Virus record (IMG/VR): IMGVR_UViG_2939786809_000002
Location: 3,141-67,140 of that record
Source: a virus
Strand: one strand, 5' to 3'
Length of the DNA: 64,000 nucleotides
The translations under genes and the position numbers were made by a program. Below the pieces are notes generated by a model. That model searched no databases. It was not told where the DNA came from and saw only the letters and a program-made list of their open reading frames with translations. Shown piece after piece: positions 34,337 through 43,972 of the stretch; position 1 is the first letter of the stretch; each line of letters opens with the position of its first letter.

Positions 34337-34671
34337 TGCCCGAGAAGCTGATCCGCGACTACATCCCAGAGATCGCAGCCAGCCACGGGCGGCGCCTGAC
34401 AGTACGAACCGCTACACCGGCAGAGCTCCCCAACCTGCTGCTTTCCAAGCTCCTCGAAGAAGCCGACGAAGCAGCCACCGCCGAGGACGGCGAACTCCTG
34501 GAGGAATTGGCTGACGTGCTGGAGGTTGTATACGCCCTAGCCGCCCATCACGGGCACAGCGTTGAAGACCTTGAGCGGATTCGGGCTGTAAAGGCAGGCG
34601 GCCGTGGCCGGTTTACGCGCCACCTCGTCATGCAGATCCCTGCCACCAGCCACTCAAAGGAATCCGCCTGA
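34336..34671 (+). CDS. MazG-like / PRA-PH-like nucleoside triphosphate pyrophosphohydrolase
   Basis: KLIRDYIPEI...KLLEEADE...EELADVLEV...K...RGRF. Confidence 0.85.
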   Translation: MPEKLIRDYIPEIAASHGRRLTVRTATPAELPNLLLSKLLEEADEAATAEDGELLEELADVLEVVYALAAHHGHSVEDLERIRAVKAGGRGRFTRHLVMQIPATSHSKESA

Positions 34672-34922
34672 TGACCACAACAGTCCCCAACGGCTGCCGA
34701 CACTGCGGTATCGCGGAACGCCCCCACGCCCGCCAGTGGACCGAAGAAGCCGGCTGGCACTCCTGGACTCAGCCCACCACGGGACAGATCAAGGACCGGA
34801 TGCGTGCCCGGCGGCTGGCCCGCACGGAACGCATCCGGCACTCCGGGCCCGACACCAAGTTCTGCGTCCTCTGCCTGTCAGGGGAACACCAGCGCACCGA
34901 CGCCACCGACGACGAGGAGTAG
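34671..34922 (+). CDS. Cys-containing hypothetical protein
   Basis: PNGCRHCG...HARQW...IKDRMRARR. Confidence 0.65.
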   Translation: MTTTVPNGCRHCGIAERPHARQWTEEAGWHSWTQPTTGQIKDRMRARRLARTERIRHSGPDTKFCVLCLSGEHQRTDATDDEE

Positions 34923-34926
34923 ACCG

Positions 34927-35091
34927 ATGCCCATCACGCCCATCTACCAGGTCCAGTGCGATGTCTGCTTCGGGTTCATGGACGGCGACTACGAGAGCCG
35001 CGAGGACGCACAGGAGGCCCGCAAGCGGCTCGGCTGGGAGGACACCGACGGCCGCACCGCCTGCCCTGAGCACAACACGACGACCACCTGA
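34927..35091 (+). CDS. small zinc-finger protein
   Basis: RBS aggag; CDVC...GW...CPEH. Confidence 0.65.
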   Translation: MPITPIYQVQCDVCFGFMDGDYESREDAQEARKRLGWEDTDGRTACPEHNTTTT

Positions 35092-35144
35092 CCGCCCCTG
35101 GGCTGCTGTGTACGGCACGGCGGCCCACAACCCGAAGGAGCACC

Positions 35145-35372
35145 ATGTTCATCGTCGACGACATCGAGTTCTTCGGCCGCGCCGCCGACGCAGGCGACAT
35201 GACACGTGACGCAGCCATCCGAGCCTTGGCCGCCGCCAGTGGGGGCAGCCTCACCGAGCTCGGCGCCGCGTCACTCATCGACAACTGGCAAACCGCCCGC
35301 GCCGACTACGAAGCGGCCTACGAGACCGCCGCCGACAACCTCCGCAAGTGGACCCAGGAGCCCCCGCGATGA
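35145..35372 (+). CDS. hypothetical protein
   Basis: RBS gaaggag. Confidence 0.7.
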   Translation: MFIVDDIEFFGRAADAGDMTRDAAIRALAAASGGSLTELGAASLIDNWQTARADYEAAYETAADNLRKWTQEPPR

Positions 35373-35433
35373 TCCAGCCCGGACAGACCCGCGACGGGGC
35401 GCGCTGGCGCACCGGATACGTCCTGGAGGGCAC

Positions 35434-35667
35434 GTGAACATCACCCGCTACGTCTGGTGCTTCAGTCACGGCGCGCTCCACACCTTCCGTGAAGGCGACA
35501 CCCCCTGGTGCACCGCCACCTGGATCGCCTTCACCGCCACCACCAAAGCCGAGGCCCTCGCCGCCAAGCACGCCGCCTACGGTGACGCCCAGTTCCTCCA
35601 CGACCTCCCCGCCGACAAGCAGATCGAGGTCATCGAAATAGCCGAAGCCCGAACCGGCCAGCTGTAG
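35434..35667 (+). CDS. hypothetical protein
   Basis: RBS ggaggg; MNITRYVWCFSHG...; preceded by a coupled 22-aa ORF at 35369-35437. Confidence 0.65.
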   Translation: MNITRYVWCFSHGALHTFREGDTPWCTATWIAFTATTKAEALAAKHAAYGDAQFLHDLPADKQIEVIEIAEARTGQL

Positions 35668-35681
35668 ACCACCCCCACCCT

Positions 35682-35710
35682 GGGCCCGCCCTGAACCATC
35701 AGGCGGGCCC
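35682..35710 (+). terminator. hairpin ending the accessory operon
   Basis: GGGCCCGCCCTGA-ACCA-TCAGGCGGGCCC. Confidence 0.6.
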
Positions 35711-35772
35711 GAGGCGTTGGTGCGGGGCGGCAGCGGGAACACTCCAGACGGGACCAACGAACGGAGAACCCC

Positions 35773-35937
35773 ATGGCCAGGCAACGCGGCAAGGTCCGAT
35801 CCCGGGCGCAATACAGGTGGATGTACGCGGCGAAGATGCCCTTCCGGAAACGTTGGTCGCAAGCCCGGAAGCGCAGCCACGGCAAGACCACTGGCTACCG
35901 CACACTCCCCGCCCGACGCGGCACCCGCCGCCGCTAA
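35773..35937 (+). CDS. 54-aa Arg/Lys-rich protein
   Basis: Not in the ORF track; RBS ggaga; MARQRGKVRSRAQYRWMYAAKMPFRKRW...LPARRGTRRR. Confidence 0.6.
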   Translation: MARQRGKVRSRAQYRWMYAAKMPFRKRWSQARKRSHGKTTGYRTLPARRGTRRR

Positions 35938-36134
35938 GCCGCGCGCGAACCCCCACCCACCAAACGAAGACCGTCGAACTCCTCGGCAGGCTTGAAGAAG
36001 CCGCACCCCTCCAGCCGACACGACCAGCCGAACCGCGTCGGATGCTTCACCAACACATGGTGGTGATCAGCAACCCGAGGTGTCGCCTGCGCCATCGCGT
36101 ACAGCGCGCTGTCCATGTGGTGATAGCCGCTCAC
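35934..36134 (-). CDS. small His/Cys protein
   Basis: GTGA overlap with the portal stop; HHHVLV...CRLEGC. Confidence 0.55.
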   Translation of the reverse strand: MSGYHHMDSALYAMAQATPRVADHHHVLVKHPTRFGWSCRLEGCGFFKPAEEFDGLRLVGGGSRAA

Positions 36135-37801
36135 GCCGCCCTCAACTCCGATGCATCGGGGTCCTCTTCCTGACCTTCGTCGTACCCGGGCTCCACCTCG
36201 TCGTCCGGCTGCCCCTCGTTCGGCTCCCCGCCACCAGTGTTGAACGGGTCCCCGGCCGGCGTTGCCTGCGCCTTGTCGTCTCGAATCCGCCGCACCTCCG
36301 CCAGCACCTCCGCCTCGTCCCACGATGGCTCCCGCATCTTCACTTTCATGTACGTCGAGATCGCCCCAGCCGCGTCCAGCAGCGACAGCGAGCGCGCGGT
36401 GGCCTCCGGGTCCGGCTGCACCGCCTGCGGCCACGACGCGGTCAGCTCCGCCGCCGGATCCACACCCTTCGCCCCGCAGTGCCTCACGTCGACCATCATC
36501 AGAGTCGTCAGATGCTCCAGCAACGCCGGCCGCTGGTACAGGATCTTCAGGCCGCGGGTCGTGAGGGATTCTTCCTTGCGGGCTGCGACCTCGGTAGCGG
36601 TCACCGCCACCGACCCCTCCTCGCCGTAGGACTGGGCGGAGTAGCCGGCCGACGCCAGGATCTGGCGCCGCAGCGCCTTCGTCGTCGCCTCATGCTCCTC
36701 GACCCGAATCTTGAACTGGATCTCGGTGAGCGAGTCCTTCATCGTCTCCGCGCCGATCAGGCCACCCAGCGCGACGACAACCTCCCTGTCCAGGTCGAAC
36801 GTCGACCCCGAGCCGGCGCCGTCCGTTTCCAGCATCGACTGGGGCACCACGATTTTCGCCTTGCCGAGACGCAGATCGCGCATCCAGGACGTCCAGGACT
36901 CATCCAGGGCATCCATCATCGGCTCGATGCCCGCGAAGTCGCTGCGCCCCAGTGGGGCCGTGTCCGGCACCCCGTCCCAGATCCGGTTGGGCAGCACGTT
37001 CGGCAGGTGTGTGATCAGCAGCCGGTCGACCCCTGTCGCCTGACGACCCTGGCTGTCGGTGCGCTTCACCAGGAACTCGGTCTCGTGGTGGTCGACGAAC
37101 CCCATCTGCATGCCGAGGGTGCTGCCGTCACCCTTGTACACCCCGTACTCGATCGCCCCCGGGGTGTGGTACTCCAGCAGCCGCCACACACCACTGTCCT
37201 CGTCTAGCGGCTCAAGCTCCCGCCACACTGTCGCCGCCGCCAGCATGCCCCACCGCCATTCCGGCACCACGGCGTTCGCCAGGATCACGTCCGACCACGG
37301 GCGCGGGCGCAGCGTCGTGTCCCACACGGCGCGCAGGTATACGTTGGACAGCCCAGCCGTCAGCTCGGCCGCTTCCCGCATCTTGGCGTGGCCGCGGTCA
37401 TCGAGGTACCGGCCGATCTGGGCCTGGGTGGTCTTCGCCGTGGCCTTGTCGGTTGAGTCGCCGTCGACCGTCACCGTGGGGACGTCCGCCCAGAGGAGGT
37501 TCGCGGACATCTCCGCAATGTCCCCGCCGATCGGGACGTGCAGTTTGGCTGCCTGCTGGCCCGGTGACGGCTCCTGACCCCAGAACATGCGCAGCTCATC
37601 ACCACCCACAGCCCGGCGCTTGTCTACTTCGAAGAACGCGCGGGCCACACCGTTCCGGGTGTAGCTGGCCGGCCCCCCGTACACCTGAGCCAAATGCCCG
37701 GTGTCGCCCGCGTACCAGGCCCGCCACATGTCCATGTCGGCGTGCGGAATCTCCAGACGAGGCGGCGGCCACGGTGTGTTCCCAGACGGGGGCAGCGGCA
37801 T
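36131..37801 (-). CDS. portal protein (SPP1-like)
   Basis: 556 aa directly after terL; MPLP...PWPP, LGRSDFAGIE..MDALDESWTSW. Confidence 0.88.
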   Translation of the reverse strand: MPLPPSGNTPWPPPRLEIPHADMDMWRAWYAGDTGHLAQVYGGPASYTRNGVARAFFEVDKRRAVGGDELRMFWGQEPSPGQQAAKLHVPIGGDIAEMSANLLWADVPTVTVDGDSTDKATAKTTQAQIGRYLDDRGHAKMREAAELTAGLSNVYLRAVWDTTLRPRPWSDVILANAVVPEWRWGMLAAATVWRELEPLDEDSGVWRLLEYHTPGAIEYGVYKGDGSTLGMQMGFVDHHETEFLVKRTDSQGRQATGVDRLLITHLPNVLPNRIWDGVPDTAPLGRSDFAGIEPMMDALDESWTSWMRDLRLGKAKIVVPQSMLETDGAGSGSTFDLDREVVVALGGLIGAETMKDSLTEIQFKIRVEEHEATTKALRRQILASAGYSAQSYGEEGSVAVTATEVAARKEESLTTRGLKILYQRPALLEHLTTLMMVDVRHCGAKGVDPAAELTASWPQAVQPDPEATARSLSLLDAAGAISTYMKVKMREPSWDEAEVLAEVRRIRDDKAQATPAGDPFNTGGGEPNEGQPDDEVEPGYDEGQEEDPDASELRAA

Positions 37802-37816
37802 GACAGATCCTTTCGG

Positions 37817-39067
37817 TCAGGCGGCCAGGGCGAGCTGGCGCTGCCACAGGGCACGGGTAGTGAAGATCGCGTAGCGGAGGGCGTCGACACCGTGGTCGGC
37901 GACCTTGATGGGGCGCTCCTCGCCGCGGAGGGCGGCCTGGTCGTCCCAGGAGTAGCCGCCGATCTCCGTGATCAAGTCCTTGCAGGAGGCGTGGACGAGG
38001 AGCTTGTTCGCGGCCAGGAGGGAGCTGACCGTGCGGATGCCGTCCATGACGTCGTTCTTCGCCGCAGTCGGGGTGAGCTTGTCCCGGCGCAGCTGAGTGC
38101 TGAACGATGCGGCGGACGGGTCGACGGTGACGAACTGCGGGCGTACCGGGCCGATCCCCGGGACGTTGCCGAGCCAGGCCCGCATCCGCTGCGAGTATTC
38201 GGCATCAGTGAGCTGCCGTCTCTGCTGCCGGGAGTCGTACCGCCAGTCGGCCGCCGCGTACAGCTTCCGGTCCGCGCCCAGGCCGAGGAGGACAGCGTGG
38301 AACGGGTTCTTCGTGCCGTAGTCCACGCCCAGGCTGATCCACCGGTGGATGCCCGCCTTCGGAAGCGCGGTGACGATGTGCCGCTCACGGTCCCACGAGT
38401 CGTAGATCGCACCCTCGGCTGCAACCCACTCGCCCAGAATGAACCGGCGGTAGAACAGGCCCTCATGCATTGCCTTGATGTCCCGAACGTAGTCCGGGTC
38501 AAGGTACGGGTTGTCGTCGATCGTGAACGAGAATCGACGCAGAGGTTTCTTGCCCTCCTGTGACAACCAGTCCCGCATGAACCAATGCGCCGGATTATCG
38601 GGGTTCGTCGTACAGAAAAGCTGCGCACCCTTCACCGACATACGCCCTAGCAGCTGCTCGAAGAACACCTGCGGGACGAGTGTCACCTCGTCGACGTAGG
38701 CGCCACACAGAGTCATGCCTCGAATCTTCGGCTCCGCCTTGGCGTCGTTGGCGCCAATGACGTGCACGAGACGCCCGAGGATGATCGCGGTCGGGGCGCC
38801 CGGTGTGTAGTGAACGAGCTTGGCGATCGGCCCGAACAAAGCCTCATCCTGAAGCGGCAAAAAAAGGTTACGGTGCGCCGTTTGGCTGGTCTTCGCGATG
38901 ACAACAAGTTCCCCCGTCGTCGGCGCATTCGCCACAAAGACCAGCCACCGCAACAGCGACGCAATCGTTTTCCCTGAACGGATAGCGCCTTCCCAGCAAG
39001 AAATCTTCGTCGTCGAATCGACAACAGACCTGATCTGCTTGCGGGAAAGAGGCAGCGTATCCAGCAC
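37817..39067 (-). CDS. terL: terminase large subunit (PBSX-type)
   Basis: Walker A EGAIRSGKT, Walker B GAYVDE, TTNPD, LGVDYG, DHGVDALRY. Confidence 0.93.
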   Translation of the reverse strand: MLDTLPLSRKQIRSVVDSTTKISCWEGAIRSGKTIASLLRWLVFVANAPTTGELVVIAKTSQTAHRNLFLPLQDEALFGPIAKLVHYTPGAPTAIILGRLVHVIGANDAKAEPKIRGMTLCGAYVDEVTLVPQVFFEQLLGRMSVKGAQLFCTTNPDNPAHWFMRDWLSQEGKKPLRRFSFTIDDNPYLDPDYVRDIKAMHEGLFYRRFILGEWVAAEGAIYDSWDRERHIVTALPKAGIHRWISLGVDYGTKNPFHAVLLGLGADRKLYAAADWRYDSRQQRRQLTDAEYSQRMRAWLGNVPGIGPVRPQFVTVDPSAASFSTQLRRDKLTPTAAKNDVMDGIRTVSSLLAANKLLVHASCKDLITEIGGYSWDDQAALRGEERPIKVADHGVDALRYAIFTTRALWQRQLALAA

Positions 39068-39069
39068 AG

Positions 39070-39585
39070 TTACTCGCCGCCGTCGTCCGACGGGGTCTCG
39101 TCGCCTGCCTGTGCGGTCAGGAACGTCATGATGTCGCCCAGCATCGACTTGCCGGCCTCGATGTTCGCGCCGGTCTCTGCCGGGGCGAGCTTGAGGGACT
39201 TGTCCGTGGCGACCCCTGCTGCGGAGACGAGCGCGCGGCGTTCCGCAGCCGGCGCTTCGTCGAAGGTGTGCTCCTCGTAGGTGTTCTGCGACCCGCCGAA
39301 CGCGTACACCGTGGTCGGCTGGTAGACCCGGTCGAGGGAGTCTTCTGCGACGTCGGTGAACTTCACGGCGATGACGCTGCGCCGCTCCGCAAGGTCCGCC
39401 AGTCGGGCTGCGGTTGCTGCCTGGATCGCCGTGCGGTCGAAGGTCAATCCAAGGTGTTCGGCGGTCCGGGATACGCAGCCGGTGGCTATGCCCATCTCGC
39501 GGGCGATGACGTTCCGCCCCTTTCCTTCGGCATGCAGGTCGCGGAGTTCGTCCCACCGATCCTCGGCCATCACTCCATGGGGCAT
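39070..39585 (-). CDS. terS: terminase small subunit
   Basis: N-terminal HTH (GKGRNVIAREMGIATGCVSR), helical body, immediately upstream of terL. Confidence 0.75.
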   Translation of the reverse strand: MPHGVMAEDRWDELRDLHAEGKGRNVIAREMGIATGCVSRTAEHLGLTFDRTAIQAATAARLADLAERRSVIAVKFTDVAEDSLDRVYQPTTVYAFGGSQNTYEEHTFDEAPAAERRALVSAAGVATDKSLKLAPAETGANIEAGKSMLGDIMTFLTAQAGDETPSDDGGE

Positions 39586-40460
39586 CAGGCCCTCCGATCA
39601 GCTCGTGCGTACTGGCGCAGCAGTCTTGGCAGTGGAGTGCCGTCGACACGCCAGGCGGGGGAGTAGGGGATGATCCAGCACCGGCAGTGTGGGTGCAGCG
39701 GTGGCCCTTTGGGTGCGGTGGCGAACACTGTGTGCCTCGGGTCGAGGGAGAGCGCGGCGGGGAACCGCCGGCCGGTGATGACGCTGCGCCCTGCGTAGGC
39801 GGCGCAGGCGGGGCAGGCTCCGGGTTCGGCGACCCACAGGAGCCGGGTGGTGGGCCCGATCGCGCGGGCGACCGCGGCGGCGACGTGCGAGGCAGCACTG
39901 GTGACGGCGACGGCGGCATGCCGGGCGATGCGGGTTATGGCACGTCTGGCCCGGTTGAACACACCGGTCAGGCCTGCGAATCCGAGGGCGGTGAGGCTGG
40001 CCGCGGTGAGCAGCGCCAGGGCGTGGTGGTGTTCTTCCTCGACGGCTGCGGGTGTGGCGTCGGCTGCTGCGGTGGCGTCGGGGCCGATGACGGGCTGGAT
40101 CGGCGGGGTGGGTGTTCCGCTCATTGCGGCGGCGAGCGCAGAGGCCTGCCGGGCGCTGAGCTGGGCGGAGTTGTAGGCGGCGATCCGGATGGTGTCGGCG
40201 GCCAGCTTGCCCTTGCCGCGGAACGCTTCGGCGAGCAACTGCTTGATGACCTTGATGAGCCGGTCCAGGGCGCCGGGTGACGGCATGGCCTGCCGGTCAG
40301 TGGCGTGGATCCACTGTCGCGTGGCCGCGTCCTGTGCTGCTGCGAGGGCTTGGGCGAGGGGCTGCCCGGCATCGCGGGCGGCTTGCTGTTCGATGCGGCG
40401 GATGACGGCGGACTGGTTCCGTGCCGCTGCTGCGATTTGGTTGCTACTGGCTGCCACCAC
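39585..40460 (-). CDS. MuF-like minor head protein
   Basis: C-terminal WVAEPGACPACAAYAG...PPLHPHCRC. Confidence 0.8.
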   Translation of the reverse strand: MVAASSNQIAAAARNQSAVIRRIEQQAARDAGQPLAQALAAAQDAATRQWIHATDRQAMPSPGALDRLIKVIKQLLAEAFRGKGKLAADTIRIAAYNSAQLSARQASALAAAMSGTPTPPIQPVIGPDATAAADATPAAVEEEHHHALALLTAASLTALGFAGLTGVFNRARRAITRIARHAAVAVTSAASHVAAAVARAIGPTTRLLWVAEPGACPACAAYAGRSVITGRRFPAALSLDPRHTVFATAPKGPPLHPHCRCWIIPYSPAWRVDGTPLPRLLRQYARADRRA

Positions 40461-40473
40461 CCACCCCCTTGAT

Positions 40474-40519
40474 CCTTGGATTCTAAGGACATCTTGCGCT
40501 ATGACCTTTGATTGTGCAG
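40474..40519. promoter_or_regulatory. divergent late control region with paired 15-bp operator-like sites
   Basis: CCTTGGATTCTAAGG (40474) and CCTTTGATTGTGCAG (40505) in an AT-rich gap between divergent packaging and head operons. Confidence 0.55.
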
Positions 40520-40611
40520 CATTGTGGTGGGTTCAGGGTTAACATCTGGGCTAACACGCCAGCGGACAAGGCGCCGCCAACCGCGTGTAGGCCGCCCAAG
40601 GAGGCACCGAG

Positions 40612-41388
40612 ATGACGACCCCCGCCCCCGCCACACCCGAGGGAACGACGACGGACCCCGGCACCCAGCCGGCCACCCCGCCCGCACCCCCGGCCGCACC
40701 GACTCCGCCAGAGCCGGCCGCACCCGCCACCGAACCGATAGAGCCCGCCACCGAACCCAAGGGGAAGTCCCCGACGTTCGAAGGCGACTTCGACCCGGCC
40801 AAGTTCCAGAAGCTCGTCGAGAACCTCCGTGGCGACGTCGAAGCCGAGAAGGCCAAGCGAACCGCCGCAGAGAAGAAAGCCGCAGACGATCAGGCCGCCT
40901 TCATGAAGAAGGTCGCCGGAGCGTTCGGCATCGAGACCGACGAGCAGAAGCCGCCCACCCCCGAAGAGCTCAGCGCGCAGCTGGCTGAGGCGCAGACCCG
41001 GACCAAGGCGTCCGACGATCGCGCCCGCCAGACGCAGGTGGAGCTCGCCGTGTACAAGACGGCCGGGACGCACGGCGGCGACCCCGACGCACTCCTCGAC
41101 TCGCGCCAGTTCGCCAACGCCATCGCCAAGCTCGACCCGGCCGACACCGGGTTCGACGAGGCGGTCGGCAAGGCGGTCAAGGCGGCAGTCGACTCCAACA
41201 GGAAGCTCGCGGCCAAGGCGCCGGAGCCGAAGGAGCCGGAGCCCACCCCCGCAGGTGGCGCACCGATGGACGGGGCCGGGAACGGCAAGCGGCAGCTGGG
41301 CGAGGCGGACCGCAAGCGCATGTCCCCCGAAGAGATCGACAAGGCCACCAGGGAGGGGCGTTTCAACGCCTATCTCGCCGGCGGCTAA
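40612..41388 (+). CDS. capsid scaffolding protein
   Basis: Pro-rich N-terminus, coiled coil, DPDALLDSRQF; precedes the major capsid gene. Confidence 0.8.
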   Translation: MTTPAPATPEGTTTDPGTQPATPPAPPAAPTPPEPAAPATEPIEPATEPKGKSPTFEGDFDPAKFQKLVENLRGDVEAEKAKRTAAEKKAADDQAAFMKKVAGAFGIETDEQKPPTPEELSAQLAEAQTRTKASDDRARQTQVELAVYKTAGTHGGDPDALLDSRQFANAIAKLDPADTGFDEAVGKAVKAAVDSNRKLAAKAPEPKEPEPTPAGGAPMDGAGNGKRQLGEADRKRMSPEEIDKATREGRFNAYLAGG

Positions 41389-41407
41389 TGCCCCCTAGGA
41401 GCCTCCG

Positions 41408-42265
41408 TTGTCCATCGCCAACTTCAAGCCGGAGATCTGGAGCGCCCTGACGCTCACGGCGCTCCGTAGCAGCCTCGTGTACGCGCAGCCGCAGCTCGTG
41501 AACACCAACTACCAGGGCGAGATCACCTCCCAGGGACAGTCGGTGCACATCACGACGATCGGCGACCCGACGATCTTCGACTACGCGTCCGGCGACACCA
41601 TCAACTACGAGGACGTCGAGACCGCGGGCACCGACCTCGTCATCGACCAGGGCAAGGCCTTCGCGTTCAAGATCGACGACGTGGACAAGGCGCAGGCCCT
41701 CGTGTCGCCCATGCAGGAGATGGCGCAGAACGCCGCCTACGGTCTCCGCGACAAGGCCGACGCCTACGTCGCCTCCCTCTACACCGGGGTCGCCGCAGCG
41801 AACACCCTCGGCTCCACCGGCGCCCCGATCAACACGTACACGTCGCCGACCGACGCCTACAACAAGGTGCTGGTGCCGCTCCGCACGAAGCTGAACCGGG
41901 CCAACGTCCCCTCCGAGGGTCGGTACCTGGTCGGCTCCCCGGAGTTCATCGGCTCCCTCCTCTCCGACGACCGGTTCGTCCGCGCCGACGCCTCCGGCAC
42001 CACCGAGGGTCTCCGCAACGGTTTCGTCGGACGGGCCGCCGGATTCGACATCCTCGAATCCAACAACACCCCCAACCCCACCGGTGACATCCAGGTCGTC
42101 CAGGCCGGCTACCCGGGCGCGATCACCTACGCCGAGCAGATCCTGGAGACCGAGGCGCTGCGCCTCCAGTCGACGATCGCCGACGCGATCCGTGGTCTCC
42201 ACGTGTACGGCGCGAAGCTCCTGCGGCCCACCGGGATCGCGGTCGCCTTCATCGACCCCGCGTAA
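41408..42265 (+). CDS. major capsid protein
   Basis: RBS aggag plus TTG; FKPEIWS...YQGEI...IDQGKAFAFKIDDVDKAQ...RGLHVYGAK. Confidence 0.88.
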   Translation: MSIANFKPEIWSALTLTALRSSLVYAQPQLVNTNYQGEITSQGQSVHITTIGDPTIFDYASGDTINYEDVETAGTDLVIDQGKAFAFKIDDVDKAQALVSPMQEMAQNAAYGLRDKADAYVASLYTGVAAANTLGSTGAPINTYTSPTDAYNKVLVPLRTKLNRANVPSEGRYLVGSPEFIGSLLSDDRFVRADASGTTEGLRNGFVGRAAGFDILESNNTPNPTGDIQVVQAGYPGAITYAEQILETEALRLQSTIADAIRGLHVYGAKLLRPTGIAVAFIDPA

Positions 42266-42292
42266 CCCCACGACTCGACCCGGGAGACTCCC

Positions 42293-42670
42293 ATGCCTCG
42301 CACCGCAGTTCCGTACACGCCGTTCGTCCCGAACGGGGCGCTCGCCGACCCGGCGGGCACCACCATCGACTCCACCCTCGTCACCAACGGCGTCGTCATC
42401 AACAACGTCGACCCCGAGCGCACCCTCATCCGCGTCACCAACAGCGCCGGCACCGACAAGGTCGTCACCGTCAAGGCAGGCACCGGCAACCAGGCGTGGA
42501 TGGGCGGCCAGGGCGACAGCGCCACCACCGTGGCGGCGACGACCGGGAAGCAGTTCCTGGGCCCGTTCACCTCCGCCCGGTTCCAGCAGAAGGGCTCGAA
42601 GCTGTACGTCGACTTCGCGTCCGGCACCACGGGCACGATCACGGTGTTCAAGCTCCCGAAGGCGTACTGA
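42293..42670 (+). CDS. capsid decoration-like protein
   Basis: Beta-rich 125 aa directly after the MCP gene. Confidence 0.55.
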   Translation: MPRTAVPYTPFVPNGALADPAGTTIDSTLVTNGVVINNVDPERTLIRVTNSAGTDKVVTVKAGTGNQAWMGGQGDSATTVAATTGKQFLGPFTSARFQQKGSKLYVDFASGTTGTITVFKLPKAY

Positions 42671-42671
42671 C

Positions 42672-43259
42672 ATGGGGCGCCGCGAGTACATCGGCACGGG
42701 TGGGCTTCGGCTCCACCTGGATGACCCGCCGACCGGGGAGATGGCCAAGCAGGTCGCCCGCGGCTACCTGGTCCCGGCCTCCGGCAGCGCCCCGGACGTC
42801 CCGGACGGCGACAAGTCTCTTGTCGTAGTCGACGGGGCCGAGGCGACCACGGCGGACCGGATCGGCACGAAGCCCCCGGTGGGCGAAAGGCCTGGTGACG
42901 ACGGCACGGCGAAGCAGTGGGCAACCTACGCCGTCACCCTGGGCCTCCTCGGCGACCACGCCTACTCCCTCACCGTCACCCAGCTCCAGGAGTGGGTGGC
43001 CGCCCACGAGAAGGCCCTCGGCGAGGGCACCCCGGCACCGGTCCCGAACCTGGACCCGGAGTCCCCGGCCACGCCCGCCAGCGAGCACCCGGACCGGCCT
43101 GCGGCGAACGCGAAGGTTGCCGACTGGCGGGAGTACGCAATCGCCCTGGGCATGGACCCGGATCAGGCGAAGGACGCCACCAAGCAGGAGTGCCAGGACT
43201 ACGCCCAGGTCGTCGAGGACTCCCGCGAGACCGCCGTCGACCCCGAGGGCCAGGAGTAG
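42672..43259 (+). CDS. head-region protein with duplicated helical motif
   Basis: RP..D...QWATYAVTLG and RP..N...DWREYAIALG internal repeats. Confidence 0.65.
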   Translation: MGRREYIGTGGLRLHLDDPPTGEMAKQVARGYLVPASGSAPDVPDGDKSLVVVDGAEATTADRIGTKPPVGERPGDDGTAKQWATYAVTLGLLGDHAYSLTVTQLQEWVAAHEKALGEGTPAPVPNLDPESPATPASEHPDRPAANAKVADWREYAIALGMDPDQAKDATKQECQDYAQVVEDSRETAVDPEGQE

Positions 43260-43262
43260 CCG

Positions 43263-43634
43263 GTGCCCTACGCGACCGTCCCCGAACTCACGGCATGGCT
43301 GGCCCCCGAGCCGGCCCCGCCGAACGCCGTGCGCCTGCTGACGTTGGCGTCACAGCGGATCGACCGCGCCCTGCTCGGGGCGTGGTACGACCGCGATGAC
43401 GCCGAGGTTGTGGAGGTGTTGCGGCAGGCGACGGTCCAGCAGGTGCACTGGATGCTGGAGCGCGGCGACGAGACCGACGCCGAGTCGGACCTCCAGTCGA
43501 TGTCGACGGGGCAACGGTCGTTCACGAAGCGGGCGCTCCGGGATGGGGAGCAGCCGCAGCGGCTCGCCTCGTCCGTCGGGGACCTGCTGCGTACCTGCGG
43601 GTTGTTCCGTTTCGATCCACTGGTGGTGGGCTGA
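43263..43634 (+). CDS. head-tail adaptor
   Basis: YATVPEL...LLTLASQRID; position in the operon. Confidence 0.75.
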   Translation: MPYATVPELTAWLAPEPAPPNAVRLLTLASQRIDRALLGAWYDRDDAEVVEVLRQATVQQVHWMLERGDETDAESDLQSMSTGQRSFTKRALRDGEQPQRLASSVGDLLRTCGLFRFDPLVVG

Positions 43635-43972
43635 TGCCTGGCCACATCGGACGACAGACCGTCGTGCTCGTCGATGCCCCTCTGGTCGACGGGGACTACA
43701 ACACCGAGGTTCGGGACTGGGCTCACGCCACCCGCACCCCCGTGTACGGGTGCACCGTCGACTACGTGTCCTCCACGGAATCCCGGGAGGCGCGCGACCA
43801 GACGGCCACCGCCGCCCAGCTGGACATGCCACGCCGCGCCCCCCGGGTGACGGAGTGGCAGCGCGTCGAATGGGACGGCCGCACCTGGGAGGTCGACGGG
43901 ATTCCGCGCGACGTCCAGGAGGCCGGTCCGCTGTCGGGGCAGACGGTGCGGCTGCTGGAGGTGGCCGGATGA
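43634..43972 (+). CDS. head-tail stopper/closure protein
   Basis: RVEWDGRTWEVDG; position in the operon. Confidence 0.75.
   Translation: MPGHIGRQTVVLVDAPLVDGDYNTEVRDWAHATRTPVYGCTVDYVSSTESREARDQTATAAQLDMPRRAPRVTEWQRVEWDGRTWEVDGIPRDVQEAGPLSGQTVRLLEVAG

Noticed and set aside
38859-38865. A7 run (T7 on the coding strand) in terL as a possible frameshift site
   Set aside because: terL is intact in one frame with all motifs, and no useful alternative-frame product is evident. It sits in a locally AT-richer stretch that may just be mosaic.
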